NCBI GenBank assembly: GCA_965219415.1
Contig: CBDCNP010000002.1
Coordinates: 192,001 to 256,000 of the forward strand
Source of the DNA: Candidatus Marinacidobacterales bacterium
Lineage (GTDB): Bacteria > Acidobacteriota > Vicinamibacteria > Marinacidobacterales > DATDRI01
Direction of reading: 5' to 3'
DNA length: 64,000 nucleotides
Part shown: positions 9,503-20,145 of the stretch, in pieces
Position numbering within the stretch: position 1 is the stretch's first letter
Layout: the number at the start of each line of letters is the position of its first letter
Notes under the pieces: model-generated
Databases searched by the model: none
Told to the model about the DNA's origin: nothing
The model's input: only the letters and a program-made list of their open reading frames with translations
Translations under genes and position numbers: made by a program

Positions 9503-12124
9503 AATCCTGGCACCTCTCGGTGCAGGTGGCATGGGTGAGGTCTACAAGGCCAAAGACGCTCGCCTCGATCGCACTGTCGCCATCAAAGTCCTCCCGGCTC
9601 ACGTAGCCAGCCATCCCGAAGTCCGCCAGAGATTCGAGCGCGAAGCCCGCGCCGTATCGAGCCTGAACCATCCCCACATCTGCACGCTTCACGACATCGG
9701 CAGCGAGAACGGCATCGACTTCATGGTCATGGAGCACATCGAAGGAGACACCCTCGCCGACCGACTGAAGAAAGGCGCACTGCCTCTCGACCAAGCTCTG
9801 CGGTACGGAATCGAAATCGCCGACGCGTTAGACAAAGCGCACCGGCAAGGCGTCGTGCACCGAGACTTGAAGCCCGGCAACATCATGCTGACCAAGTCCG
9901 GTGCGAAGCTTCTGGACTTCGGGCTTGCCAAGTTGCAGCACGGACCTCAGGAGGGTGCGCCGGATCTCTCATCCCTGGCCACGGAAGCAAAGTCGCTCAC
10001 TGAAAAAGGCGCCATTCTAGGCACATTCCAATACATGGCACCCGAGCAGTTGGAAGGCAATGAGGTCGACGCACGGACAGATATTTTCGCGTTCGGAGCG
10101 GTCCTTTACGAAATGGTGACCGGCAGAAAGGCCTTCGAAGGCAAGAGCCAGGCGAGCCTGATTGGCGCCATAATGAACTCCGAACCCCAGCCCATGTCGG
10201 AGCTCCAGCCGGTGTCACCGCGCTCGCTGGATTGGTCCGTCAAGAGATGTTTGAGCAAGGATCCGGACGACCGCTGGCAGTCGGCGCGCGACCTGATGGC
10301 AGAGCTCGGGCGGATCGCGGAAGGCGGCTCAGAGGCAGGCTTGTCTGCGCCTATAACAGATAAGGGACCTCGCGGTCGTCTCTTGTGGGGCGTCGCTGGC
10401 CTCTTACTGGGGGCGCTCGTAGCCGGCCTCGCCTCCTGGAAACTCTCGACGGATCCTTTTGGCTCGGAACGCCAAATCATGCGTTTTCAGATTCCGCTCG
10501 CTCCCAACCAGGACTGGGGACAGTCGGGGCTCGATATCTCTCCCGATGGCTCGCGCATCGCGTACGTTGTTTCGACTGACGACCGCCTTCAACTCTACGT
10601 TCGTTCGCATGGATCAGCCGGAGCCTACGCCGATGGCGGGCACCGAGGGGGCGCTCGGTCCTTTCTTCTCGCCAGACGGACAGTGGGTGGGTTTTTGGGC
10701 GGCCGGCAACCTAAAGAAAGTATCCGTCGCCGGCGGACTTCCACTAAAGCTCTGCAACAGCGAACCGACGCGAGGGGCAAGTTGGGGAGCCGATGATGTC
10801 ATCGTGTTTGGAACTTCGGCAAAAGGACTGTTTCAAGTACCCGCAGGCGGAGGCACGCCCGCGGCGCTCACCACGCCGAACCAAGACGAGGGTAGGTTAG
10901 CCCATCGCTGGCCACAACTCCTACCAGGTGGGGAAGCCGTGCTCTTTACGATTTCGGATGCAGGGGCTCCGAGCGTCGCGGTTCTCTCTCGCGAAACGCG
11001 CGAGGTGCGCATACTCATCGAGTCCGGCGCTGATGCCCGGTACGTCCCGACCGGCCATCTTATCTATGGACTGAGAGGGCAGGTGTTGGGGGGTGCCGTT
11101 TGACGTCCGTCGGCTTCAGATTGAGGGTGCCCCAGTCCCGCTCATCGATGAGGTGGTGGCGGTTGGCAACTTGGCCGTTTCCGCCAGAGACACTCTGGTC
11201 TATGCAACGACAACGGCGTTCGTACCCAACAGCACCTTGGTGTGGGTGGATCGTGAAGGGCGCGAGAGTCCATTGATGGACAAGCCGAGACAGTATGTCG
11301 AGCCTCGCGTCTCCCCCGATGGCCGGCGTTTGGCGGTTACCCTCGGTCCTGACTACGATGTTTGGATTCAAGAGCTCGACCGGGGGACGTTGACCCGCCT
11401 GACGTTTGGCGAGGGTAATGACAGCTTGCCGATCTGGACACCGGACGGCGAACGGGTGACCTTTTCTTCTAGCAGCTCGGGACCATGGAACATTTTCTCC
11501 GTGCCCGCGGACGGTAGCGGCGAACCGGTCCAGCTCACCTCTAGTGAAAACCTTTCAACGGCCTCCTCCTGGTCGCCCGACGGCAAGATTCTCGCCTTCA
11601 CACATGTGGGGCAGGAAACCGGAGTGGACATCGGGATCCTCACAATGGACGACGAGCCGAAGACCGAGGTGTTCCTGGGGACGCCTTTCAATGAATACCA
11701 TCCGATGTTTTCACCGGACGGTCGCTGGCTGGCGTATACCTCTGACGAGTCGGGTCGGGCTGAGGTCTATGTGCGGGCCTTTCCGGGCCCGGGCGGAAAA
11801 TGGCAGGTTTCGACGGACGGTGGGGTCTACCCCTTGTGGGCTCCCAGCGGCCGGGAGCTCTTCTATCGGAGCGGCGACAAGATGATGGTGGTTCCCATCT
11901 CCACGGCTCCCGAGCTCAGACCGGGCACGCCGGTGGTGCTGTTTGAGGAGCCTTATCACAAGCTTGGCTTGGCGGTTAACAACTATCACTCCTACGACGT
12001 GAGCCGCGACGGCCAACAAAGGTTCGTCATGATCAAGCCAGTCGAGGAAGAGTCCGCCCCAACGCAACTGAACGTCGTCCTGAACTGGTCCGAAGAGCTG
12101 AAACGCCGTGTCCCCACAAACTAG
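9465..12124 (+). CDS. Ser/Thr protein kinase fused to TolB/PD40 beta-propeller; frameshifts at ~10612 and ~11092
   Basis: GAGGMGEVY, HRDLKPGN, DFG and YMAPE, a TM segment, then SPDG repeats spread over three ORFs. Confidence 0.9.
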
Positions 12125-12295
12125 GGAAGCCCTCGGGCAACCTCACGGACCACCGGCCTAACGCACCAAAGCGGCATCGCTAAAGCTAGCCGTCGGGACC
12201 CACCGTTGCTGGAACCGTGAGCTGGTGCATTGCGACGGCGGACTAGTCCCTGTACGATCGTGGGCCAGATCTGCAGCAAGTAAGGAGCTAGTTAA

Positions 12296-13315
12296 ATGCA
12301 GCTAGGAATGATCGGTCTCGGGAGGATGGGTGCCGGCATGGTCAGGCGCCTCATGAAGGACGGGCACGACTGCGTCGTCTATGACATTCACGACAAAGCG
12401 GTGAAGCAACTGGCCGAGGACGGGGCGCAGGGCGCGTTTTCGATGGAAGAGTTTGCACAAAAGCTCGACAAGCCTCGTGCCGCTTGGATGATGGTACCAG
12501 CCGCCGTCGTGGACCAGACGATCGAATCCCTGGTTCCGCATTTGGAAAAGGACGACATCGTCATCGATGGGGGCAACTCTTACTACCACGACGACATACG
12601 AAGGGCCGCCGCGCTCGAGAAGAAGGGCCTTCACTACGTCGACGTGGGCACCAGCGGCGGGGTCTGGGGTTTCGAACGCGGTTTTTGCCAGATGATCGGA
12701 GGAGAAAAAGACGTCGTCCAACATCTCGACCCGATATTCGTGACCCTCTCACCTCCGGTCGAGGCGGCGCCCCGGACGCCCGGTCGTGAAAAAGTGAGCG
12801 GTACCGCCGAGCATGGCTATCTGCACTGCGGCCCCAGCGGAGCCGGCCACTTCGTCAAGATGGTCCACAACGGCATCGAGTACGGTGTCATGGCTGCTTA
12901 TGCGGAGGGGTTCAATATTCTCAAGAATGCCAACATAGGAAAGCGGGACCGCACGGTGGACGCGGAGACGACACCGCTCCGGCACCCGGAGCACTATCAA
13001 TACGATCTCAACCTGACCGACATCTCCGAACTCTGGCGGCGTGGGAGTGTGATCACATCTTGGTTACTGGATCTCACCGCAAGCGCGCTGCTACAGAACC
13101 CGGATCTGTCGAACTTCGCTGGGCGAGTCTCGGATTCCGGTGAGGGGCGTTGGACGATCCAGGCCGCCATCGACGAGGCCGTTCCTGCCCATGTCCTCAC
13201 CGCGTCCCTCTACGATCGCTTCAGCTCGCGCGACAAGGCCGACTTCGCGAACAAAATACTCTCCGCCATGCGCTATGGGTTCGGCGGCCATCACGAGAAG
13301 AAAGCGGAGAGCTAG
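12296..13315 (+). CDS. gnd: Decarboxylating 6-phosphogluconate dehydrogenase (short type)
   Basis: [26 protein letters not shown] and SDSGEGRW. Confidence 0.95.
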   Translation: MQLGMIGLGRMGAGMVRRLMKDGHDCVVYDIHDKAVKQLAEDGAQGAFSMEEFAQKLDKPRAAWMMVPAAVVDQTIESLVPHLEKDDIVIDGGNSYYHDDIRRAAALEKKGLHYVDVGTSGGVWGFERGFCQMIGGEKDVVQHLDPIFVTLSPPVEAAPRTPGREKVSGTAEHGYLHCGPSGAGHFVKMVHNGIEYGVMAAYAEGFNILKNANIGKRDRTVDAETTPLRHPEHYQYDLNLTDISELWRRGSVITSWLLDLTASALLQNPDLSNFAGRVSDSGEGRWTIQAAIDEAVPAHVLTASLYDRFSSRDKADFANKILSAMRYGFGGHHEKKAES

Positions 13316-13324
13316 CCGCTCGCG

Positions 13325-14020
13325 ATGGAAGTCGAGATACTCGACGACGCTGACGCGGTGGCGAAGCGGGCCGCGGGCTTCGTGGTTGCCGTGGCCCGTC
13401 AATCGGTTGCCGAGCGGAATCGCTTCGTCTTTGCAGTCAGCGGCGGGCGCACTCCATGGAAGATGCTCCGGGCCCTCGCCGACGAAGACGTTCCATGGGA
13501 GCAGGTCCGTGTCGGGCAGGTCGATGAACGCGTCGCACCGGAAGGACACTCCGAGCGCAATCTGACCCATTTGCGGGAGAGCCTTCTCCCCCACGCTCCC
13601 CTATCGCCGGAACACATCTACTCTATGCCGGTTGGCGAGGCCGACTTGACCACCGCGGCCTCGAGCTACGCCGATCTTCTCCAGGACCTTGCCGGTTCAC
13701 CCCCGGTGTTGGACCTGATCCATCTCGGCCTCGGCCCCGATGGACACACTGCCTCCTTGGTACCAGAGGACCCGGTGCTCGAGGTCGGCGATCGGGACGT
13801 CTCGGTGACGCAGATTTACCAAGGCCGGCGCCGCATGACGCTCACGTACCCCGCGCTGAACCGTGCCCGGCAATTGCTTTGGCTGGTGACAGGAGCGGAC
13901 AAAGCAGAAATGCTTCCTCGCCTGTGCAACGGTGACAAAGGGATCCCAGCGGGACGGGTGGCAAGCGACAAAGCAACCGTGATTGCCGACCGGGCCGCTG
14001 CCCAACGATGGGGTTCTTAG
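13325..14020 (+). CDS. pgl: 6-phosphogluconolactonase
   Basis: SGGRTP, DER, LGLGPDGHTASL and RMTLT; directly downstream of gnd. Confidence 0.92.
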   Translation: MEVEILDDADAVAKRAAGFVVAVARQSVAERNRFVFAVSGGRTPWKMLRALADEDVPWEQVRVGQVDERVAPEGHSERNLTHLRESLLPHAPLSPEHIYSMPVGEADLTTAASSYADLLQDLAGSPPVLDLIHLGLGPDGHTASLVPEDPVLEVGDRDVSVTQIYQGRRRMTLTYPALNRARQLLWLVTGADKAEMLPRLCNGDKGIPAGRVASDKATVIADRAAAQRWGS

Positions 14021-15365
14021 CGAGACACGGCGACCAAGTGCCCTCGCGTGCGGAAGAAGAGAACTCCTTCGGAGATGGCCGGCGTCGCCATGGCGGTCTC
14101 CCCCATCGGGTTGGTCGCCAGAACTTCGAAGTCCGGGGCCGCCTTGAGGACGTAAACGTCGCCGTCCTCACTGGTGAAGTAAAGCTTGCCGTCCGCAGCC
14201 ACCGGTGAGGCGCTGAATCCTCCTCCTTTGCCCAGTCGTTTACGTTCCACGATCTCGCCGGTCTTCGCCTGGTAGACGGTCATGACGCCGCCATCTTGGC
14301 ACGTGACGAGGTACTCCTGATGGACGAGCACCGTTTGCATGTAGTTGCCGCGATTTCGACGACTCCAAGTGATATAGCGGTTCGTGCTTTCCCCCTCCGC
14401 CAACGAAATATCCCCGACGGCGTCGACCTTGATCGCGTAAATGGGGGCGGCCGGTCCGTGGGCATTGGTGATGAAAATGAGCCCGTCCGACACGACGGGT
14501 GTCGGCACCGGAATGTCACCCCCACCGGTCAATCTCCACAGCTCTTCGCCACTACTCAGCTCGTAAGCTCCAATGTGCTTGTACCCGTTCACGATCAAAC
14601 TTGCCGGCGTCCATTCCCCTCGTGCACGGTTGGCGTGCTCCAGGTCGGTACGTCCTCGCGCGGCGTACGCCACACCTCCTCGCCATCTTCGATCCGCAAA
14701 GCGGTAATGAAAGAATTCTCCCGAACGCCGCACTGCACGATGACCAAGTCGCCATGAATCACGGGAGAGCTGGCAAAACCCCATTGCACGTCCGGAACTT
14801 TGAAGAACACGGAGTCCAGAGTACCTAGATCTTTTTTCCAGAGGAGGTTTCCTTCGAAGTCGTAGCAGTAGAGCCCCTCGGAGCCGAAGAAAGCGATGAC
14901 ATGCTTGCCGTCGGTCGCCGGCGTCGAATTAGCGTGCGTCGACTTCGGATGTCGTTTCGTCCGCGGCACACCCCGGTGAGCCGTTCGCTCCCAGAGAATC
15001 TCGCCGCTGGTCTTGTCGATGCCGTAGAGCTTCCAACTAAGGACTCCCTCGTCCTCGACCGGAGCGATGTCGCCGTACAGACCAACCTTCAGTTCCGCCT
15101 CGTCCTTATCCCTGACCGCGGTAGTGACGAAGAGTCGATCACCCCAAACGACCGGGCTCGAATGGGCAAGACCGGGGATGGCGGTTTTCCATTTGATATT
15201 GGTTCCGCGCTCAACATCCCACTCGGTTGCGGTCGCGTACCCTTCGGCGATACCTCCCGCCCCGGCTCCTCTAAAAGAAGGCCAATGAATGTCGGACGGT
15301 GACTGCCCGGGGAGGTCGATGGGCACAATGAGAAGGCCGAAAGCGACTATTGCATGACGGATCAT
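14017..15365 (-). CDS. PQQ-like beta-propeller repeat protein; frameshift at ~14597
   Basis: Signal peptide, WPSFRG, HSSPVVWG, STPATDG and ASPVAADG, spread over two ORFs. Confidence 0.85.
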
Positions 15366-15439
15366 CGAGAGCCTCCGCGCCAAAGATTACGTCCGGGCTC
15401 GGGGTTTGGCAAACACAAGGGCTAATAATAGGGCGTGCG

Positions 15440-15952
15440 ATGAAGTGGTTCGATCGCGAGTTCGCATTTCGAACGCCGGTGGAGCTGTACCCCCAGTTCG
15501 TCATCCGACTCCGCGGCACCGCCGCCCGGCTGGACGAGTTGACGCGTCATCTTTCCCAACCCGTCTTGGCCCAGAAGCCGGAGGGCAAGTGGTCGGTCCA
15601 GGAGAATGTCGGGCATTTGCTAGACCTGGAGGAGCTCTGGGAGGCACGCCTCACGGATTTCCTCGAGGGAAAAGACGTCCTGACCCCAGCGGACCTCGAG
15701 AACCGCAAGACCCACGAGGCGCGTCACAATGACACGCCGCCCGGCATACTCTTGAAGGGATTCCGCCAGGCGCGGGACGGCTTCCTCGATCGCCTCGACC
15801 GGCTTGCGCCCGCAGATTTCGCGAAGACCTCTCGCCACCCGCGGCTCGACACGCCCATGCGACTCATCGACATGTTGGAGTTCGCTGCCGAGCACGACGA
15901 TCACCATTTGGCGCGAATCTGGGAGCTCTGCAGCGAAGCCTACGCGCGCTAG
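15440..15952 (+). CDS. DinB/YfiT-like protein
   Basis: KWSVQENVGHL, HPRL and EHDDHH. Confidence 0.85.
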   Translation: MKWFDREFAFRTPVELYPQFVIRLRGTAARLDELTRHLSQPVLAQKPEGKWSVQENVGHLLDLEELWEARLTDFLEGKDVLTPADLENRKTHEARHNDTPPGILLKGFRQARDGFLDRLDRLAPADFAKTSRHPRLDTPMRLIDMLEFAAEHDDHHLARIWELCSEAYAR

Positions 15953-16008
15953 TGTCCCGAGTGCTCGTCTGCGTTGATCCCGAATAGGTTTACACTCGAT
16001 CTCACGCT

Positions 16009-16956
16009 GTGACATCATCGTTGGACCTCATGGTGGCCAGTCCTCCTGTCCAAGTCCGCGGCCTGGTAAAGAGCTACGGCAGCTTTCAAGCCGTACGCGG
16101 CATCGATTTCGACGTTCACGCGGGCGAAGTCTTCGCGCTTCTTGGTCCGAACGGAGCCGGAAAAACCACGACCGTCGAAGTCCTGGAGGGACTCCGCCCC
16201 CGAAACGGTGGCGATGTTGCGGTCCTAGGCTTCGATCCGGGCGAGCAGAGCAAGCCTCTCAAAGACCGCATCGGTGTCTGCCTGCAAGCCACCAACCTTC
16301 CCGACCGAATCAAAGTAAGCGAAGCCCTCGAGCTATTTTCCGACCTCTACTCGCACCACCAGGACAGCAAGATCCTCCTCCAGCGCCTCGAGCTAGAGGA
16401 CAAACGAAACGAGTTCTACTCCGAGCTTTCGGGTGGACAGAAGCAACGTCTAGCTCTAGCCCTAGCCCTCGTCAACGACCCCCAGGTTCTTTTTCTGGAC
16501 GAGCCCACAGCCGGATTGGATCCTCAAGCACGGCACGAGATTCATGGGCTCATCCAGGACCTTCGCAATGACAACCGAACGATTCTCCTCACCACGCATT
16601 ACATCGAGGAAGCCGAAAAACTCTGCGATCGGGTCGCGATCATCGACGAGGGGCGCATCATCGCCATGGGGACCCCCAAGGAGATCCGAAGTCAAACCAT
16701 GGGGCACTCCTACATCGAGATCCATAGCGAGCGCGATCTGCCGAAGAACCTACCGAGCTTCGACTCCGCGGAGAAGATCAGCGTGGGTGCGGACAAACGC
16801 AGTCTCACCGTTCACTCCACTCAGCCCGCGCGCGCCTTGGTGGAGCTCGTTAAATGGCTAGATCAACATGAAGTCGAGCTCGCTGACGTCCATCTCAAGC
16901 AACCGACGCTTGAAGACGTCTTCATCGAGATGACCGGCAGGAGACTCAGAGATTGA
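16009..16956 (+). CDS. ABC transporter ATP-binding protein (DrrA/ABC-2 type)
   Basis: GPNGAGKTT, LSGGQ, LDEPT and TTH. Confidence 0.95.
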   Translation: MTSSLDLMVASPPVQVRGLVKSYGSFQAVRGIDFDVHAGEVFALLGPNGAGKTTTVEVLEGLRPRNGGDVAVLGFDPGEQSKPLKDRIGVCLQATNLPDRIKVSEALELFSDLYSHHQDSKILLQRLELEDKRNEFYSELSGGQKQRLALALALVNDPQVLFLDEPTAGLDPQARHEIHGLIQDLRNDNRTILLTTHYIEEAEKLCDRVAIIDEGRIIAMGTPKEIRSQTMGHSYIEIHSERDLPKNLPSFDSAEKISVGADKRSLTVHSTQPARALVELVKWLDQHEVELADVHLKQPTLEDVFIEMTGRRLRD

Positions 16957-19142
16957 GACCGTACCTGGCGCTCATTAATATCGACCTCAAGCTCGCGCTT
17001 CGTAACAAGTCGGTCCTCTTTTTCAACTACCTGTTTCCCCTCATCTTCTTCTTCACGTTCGCCCAGTTCCTGGGCGACGGCCTGGGCGGCAATATTTCGT
17101 ACATCGTGAGCATGGTCCTGGTTCTTGGCATTCTCGGCAACGGCCTATTCGGCGCAGGGATGCGGGCGGTCCAGGAACGAGAGGCCAACATTCTCCGCCG
17201 ATTCAAAGTCGCGCCGATCTCGCCCGTCCCCATCCTCGTTGCCTCGATGGTTACCGGATGGGTGCTGTATCTACCGTCGGTGCTATTGGTTCTTGGATTG
17301 GCTCACTATCTGTACGGAATGGAGATCCCGGAGCGTTGGTTCGCTCTTTTCGCGTTGATTTCGATCGGTGTCATCGCCTTCCGAGCGGTTGGATTGATCC
17401 TGGCGGCGGTGGCGAACTCGATACAAGAAAGCAACATTCTGATCCAGACGCTGTACATGCCGATGCTCTTCCTGAGCGGTGCGACATTTCCGATGACCAT
17501 GCTTCCCGTTTGGGCCCAAGTCACCGCGCAGTATCTTCCGGCAACCTACTTGGTCACCGGTTTCCAAGGGGTGTTCTATCGACAAGAAAGCTTGTTCGAA
17601 AACTGGCCCGCCGTCCTGGCCCTCACCGCCACCATCGTCCTTGCCACATTCGTCTCCGCGCAGCTCTTTCGCTGGGAGAAAGAAGAGAAGATCGCGGGCT
17701 CGGCCAAACTCTGGGTCCTTGGGGTGCTTCTACCATTCTTCGCCCTCGGCAGCTATGAGGTATCGAGTCGAGACAACATACGTAAGGCGGAAGCGTTGTG
17801 GCGCGATCTAGACCGCCGGGAGCTCCTTCTCATACACAACGCTCGAGTCTTCGTCGGCGACGGACGTGTGATCGAGTCGGGAACGGTCCTGGTCGAAAAC
17901 GGCAAGATACAGAGTGTATTCGATTCCAACCCTCCAGATTCCTCTCGTTGGCAGGGAGAAGTCATCGAAGCGGCCGGAAAAACACTTCTCCCCGGGCTGA
18001 TCGACGTTCACGTGCACCTGGCCGCACCGGGAGGGGTTTACCCACCGGAGACCGAGTACGACTTCGAAGGCGCGATGGAGCGAGCACTCGCCGCGTACCT
18101 CTATAGTGGTGTCACCACGGTCAAGAGCGTCGGTGACCCTGTTCAGGCCACTCTTCGACTGCGAGAGCGCGAGCGATCCCGAGAAGTTCAAGGAGCGGAG
18201 CTCTTCGTGTGCGGTCCCATGTTTACAACCGAGGGAGGCCACGGAACCGAGTATTTCGAGAAGCTGCCGGAAGCGATCCGAAAATTGGCCGCCCAGCAGT
18301 GGGTTCGCACGCCTTCGTCACCCGACGAGGCCAGCCGGCAGGTCCGCGAGCTCAAAGCGGATGGTATCGATAGCATCAAAGCCATTCTCGAGACGGGGCG
18401 CGCGGGAATGCTATTCAACCGCATGGATACGTCCATCCTCGAGGCTATCGCGGAGGAAGCGCGCACCCAGGGGCTTCCCCTGACAGTCCATACCGGCGAC
18501 AGCCAGGACATTCTGGCCGCCATCGAGGCTCGAGCCGCTGGTATCGAGCACGGTTCGTCGCTCGACGAGATCCCACACGCAACGCTGAGCCGCATGGCCA
18601 AAGACGGAGTGGCTTACGACCCAACGCTGGCCGTTCGCGAGGCCCTCGTTCATCTATCGGTGGGTGACAGGAAGTCGCTCGAACGCTCGTTGATCCAACA
18701 GGTCGGTCCATTGGAGCTCTTGATGCAAACCCGGGAGGCTCTGGAATCGGGACAGATGGGGAAACACCTGAACGAAACGAGTCTCCAAGATGAGCTCGAA
18801 CGTGCGAAGGCCAACCTCCTTCGCGCTCATCGCGCTGGGGTCACCCTCGTGACCGGAACCGATTCCGGTAATCCACTCGTGTTCCACGGACCCGCCATCC
18901 ACAGAGAGCTGCAGCTTTGGGTCGACGCAGGAGTGCCGCCCGAGGTCGCCCTCCAAGCGGCAACCAGAAACGCCGCCGCTTTTCTCGGAGCGGGCGATCG
19001 CTTGGGTCTCATCCAGCCAGGCTACGAAGCCAACCTGCTGCTGGTCGACGGGAATCCGCTTGAAGACATCGCGAGCACAGAGCGGATATCGTTAGTTATC
19101 TACAAAGGCGGCCGAGTGGAAAGAAGTCGGCTGTTTGACTAA
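16953..19142 (+). CDS. ABC-2 membrane permease fused to a metal-dependent amidohydrolase
   Basis: About 270 hydrophobic N-terminal residues (LSGATFP), then PGLIDVHVH, IKAI, VHTG, EHG and GTDSG. One continuous ORF. Confidence 0.88.
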   Translation: MRPYLALINIDLKLALRNKSVLFFNYLFPLIFFFTFAQFLGDGLGGNISYIVSMVLVLGILGNGLFGAGMRAVQEREANILRRFKVAPISPVPILVASMVTGWVLYLPSVLLVLGLAHYLYGMEIPERWFALFALISIGVIAFRAVGLILAAVANSIQESNILIQTLYMPMLFLSGATFPMTMLPVWAQVTAQYLPATYLVTGFQGVFYRQESLFENWPAVLALTATIVLATFVSAQLFRWEKEEKIAGSAKLWVLGVLLPFFALGSYEVSSRDNIRKAEALWRDLDRRELLLIHNARVFVGDGRVIESGTVLVENGKIQSVFDSNPPDSSRWQGEVIEAAGKTLLPGLIDVHVHLAAPGGVYPPETEYDFEGAMERALAAYLYSGVTTVKSVGDPVQATLRLRERERSREVQGAELFVCGPMFTTEGGHGTEYFEKLPEAIRKLAAQQWVRTPSSPDEASRQVRELKADGIDSIKAILETGRAGMLFNRMDTSILEAIAEEARTQGLPLTVHTGDSQDILAAIEARAAGIEHGSSLDEIPHATLSRMAKDGVAYDPTLAVREALVHLSVGDRKSLERSLIQQVGPLELLMQTREALESGQMGKHLNETSLQDELERAKANLLRAHRAGVTLVTGTDSGNPLVFHGPAIHRELQLWVDAGVPPEVALQAATRNAAAFLGAGDRLGLIQPGYEANLLLVDGNPLEDIASTERISLVIYKGGRVERSRLFD

Positions 19143-19166
19143 GAAGTTGCCAAAGGGAGCCCAAAA

Positions 19167-20063
19167 ATGCTGAAACCAATTCTAACTAATGTTCTTCTAT
19201 TCTCATTTGTCGTAGTGACTACCGGTGCCCAGGAGTCTTTGAAGGTCTACATCTCTGCAGATATGGAAGGGGTGGTCGGCGCGGTGACCGACGCCCAGCT
19301 TGGACCGTCGGGGTTCGAGTACCAGAGATTTCGGGAGTTCATGACCCAAGAGGTTCTCGCGGCGATCGAAGGCGCGCGTGCTGCCGGTGCCACCGAATTC
19401 CTCGTCAGCGACTCTCACGGCAATGGTCAAAACTTGCTCATCGAGAGATTTCCCAAAGACATTCAAATCGTGCGCTCGTGGCCTCGGCACTTGGGCATGA
19501 TGACCGGAATCGACGAAAGCTTCGACGCTGCTTTTTTCATCGGATATCACTCGGCGACTTCGAATTTGGAAGGCGTTCGCGCGCACACGATGTCCAGCGC
19601 CCGGCTGACGGACATTCGGCTCAACGGTACCTCGATGCCTGAAGCGGGAATCAATGCGGCCATCGCGGGAGAGTTTGGCGTTCCGATTGCAATGATCTCC
19701 GGTGACGACGCCATCGTGGCGGAGGCGGGAGCGCTTCTAGGCCACATCGAAGCAGCGACCGTCAAGTGGGCTTACAGCTTTCATTCCGCTCGCACCCTGA
19801 CCCCGGAGGCGAGTTACGAGCTCATTCATGAGACTGCCCGAAAGGCGCTCTCTAACCTCGGCGCGTTCAAACCGTACCGCTTGCCTACCCCGATCACGAC
19901 CGAGGTCGCGTTCAAAAACTACCGTGCCCCTCAGCTACTAGAGTATCTCCCCAATGTGAAGCGGGTCGACTCTCACACCATCCAATTCACCGGCCAGAAC
20001 ATGCGGGAGGTATCGGACATGTTGGTGTTCCTCAACAGCTATAGTACGTCCCTGACGCCCTGA
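19167..20063 (+). CDS. dppA: M55 D-aminopeptidase (DppA-like), secreted
   Basis: ISADMEG, DSHG, IGYH and AHT motifs; signal peptide. Confidence 0.88.
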   Translation: MLKPILTNVLLFSFVVVTTGAQESLKVYISADMEGVVGAVTDAQLGPSGFEYQRFREFMTQEVLAAIEGARAAGATEFLVSDSHGNGQNLLIERFPKDIQIVRSWPRHLGMMTGIDESFDAAFFIGYHSATSNLEGVRAHTMSSARLTDIRLNGTSMPEAGINAAIAGEFGVPIAMISGDDAIVAEAGALLGHIEAATVKWAYSFHSARTLTPEASYELIHETARKALSNLGAFKPYRLPTPITTEVAFKNYRAPQLLEYLPNVKRVDSHTIQFTGQNMREVSDMLVFLNSYSTSLTP

Positions 20064-20091
20064 CAGAATGACAAACTGATGGTTTCCGTCG

Positions 20092-20145
20092 CTACTTGGG
20101 CTTTCGCAAGCCCTTCGGCATAACTTCCTGTAGCTTTTTCTCGAG
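20092..20145 (-). pseudogene. Displaced C-terminus (LEKKLQEVMPKGLRKPK*) of the TPR gene starting at 31266
   Basis: Shares CTCGAGAAAA with the break at 31551-31560 and continues that gene in frame. Confidence 0.7.
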
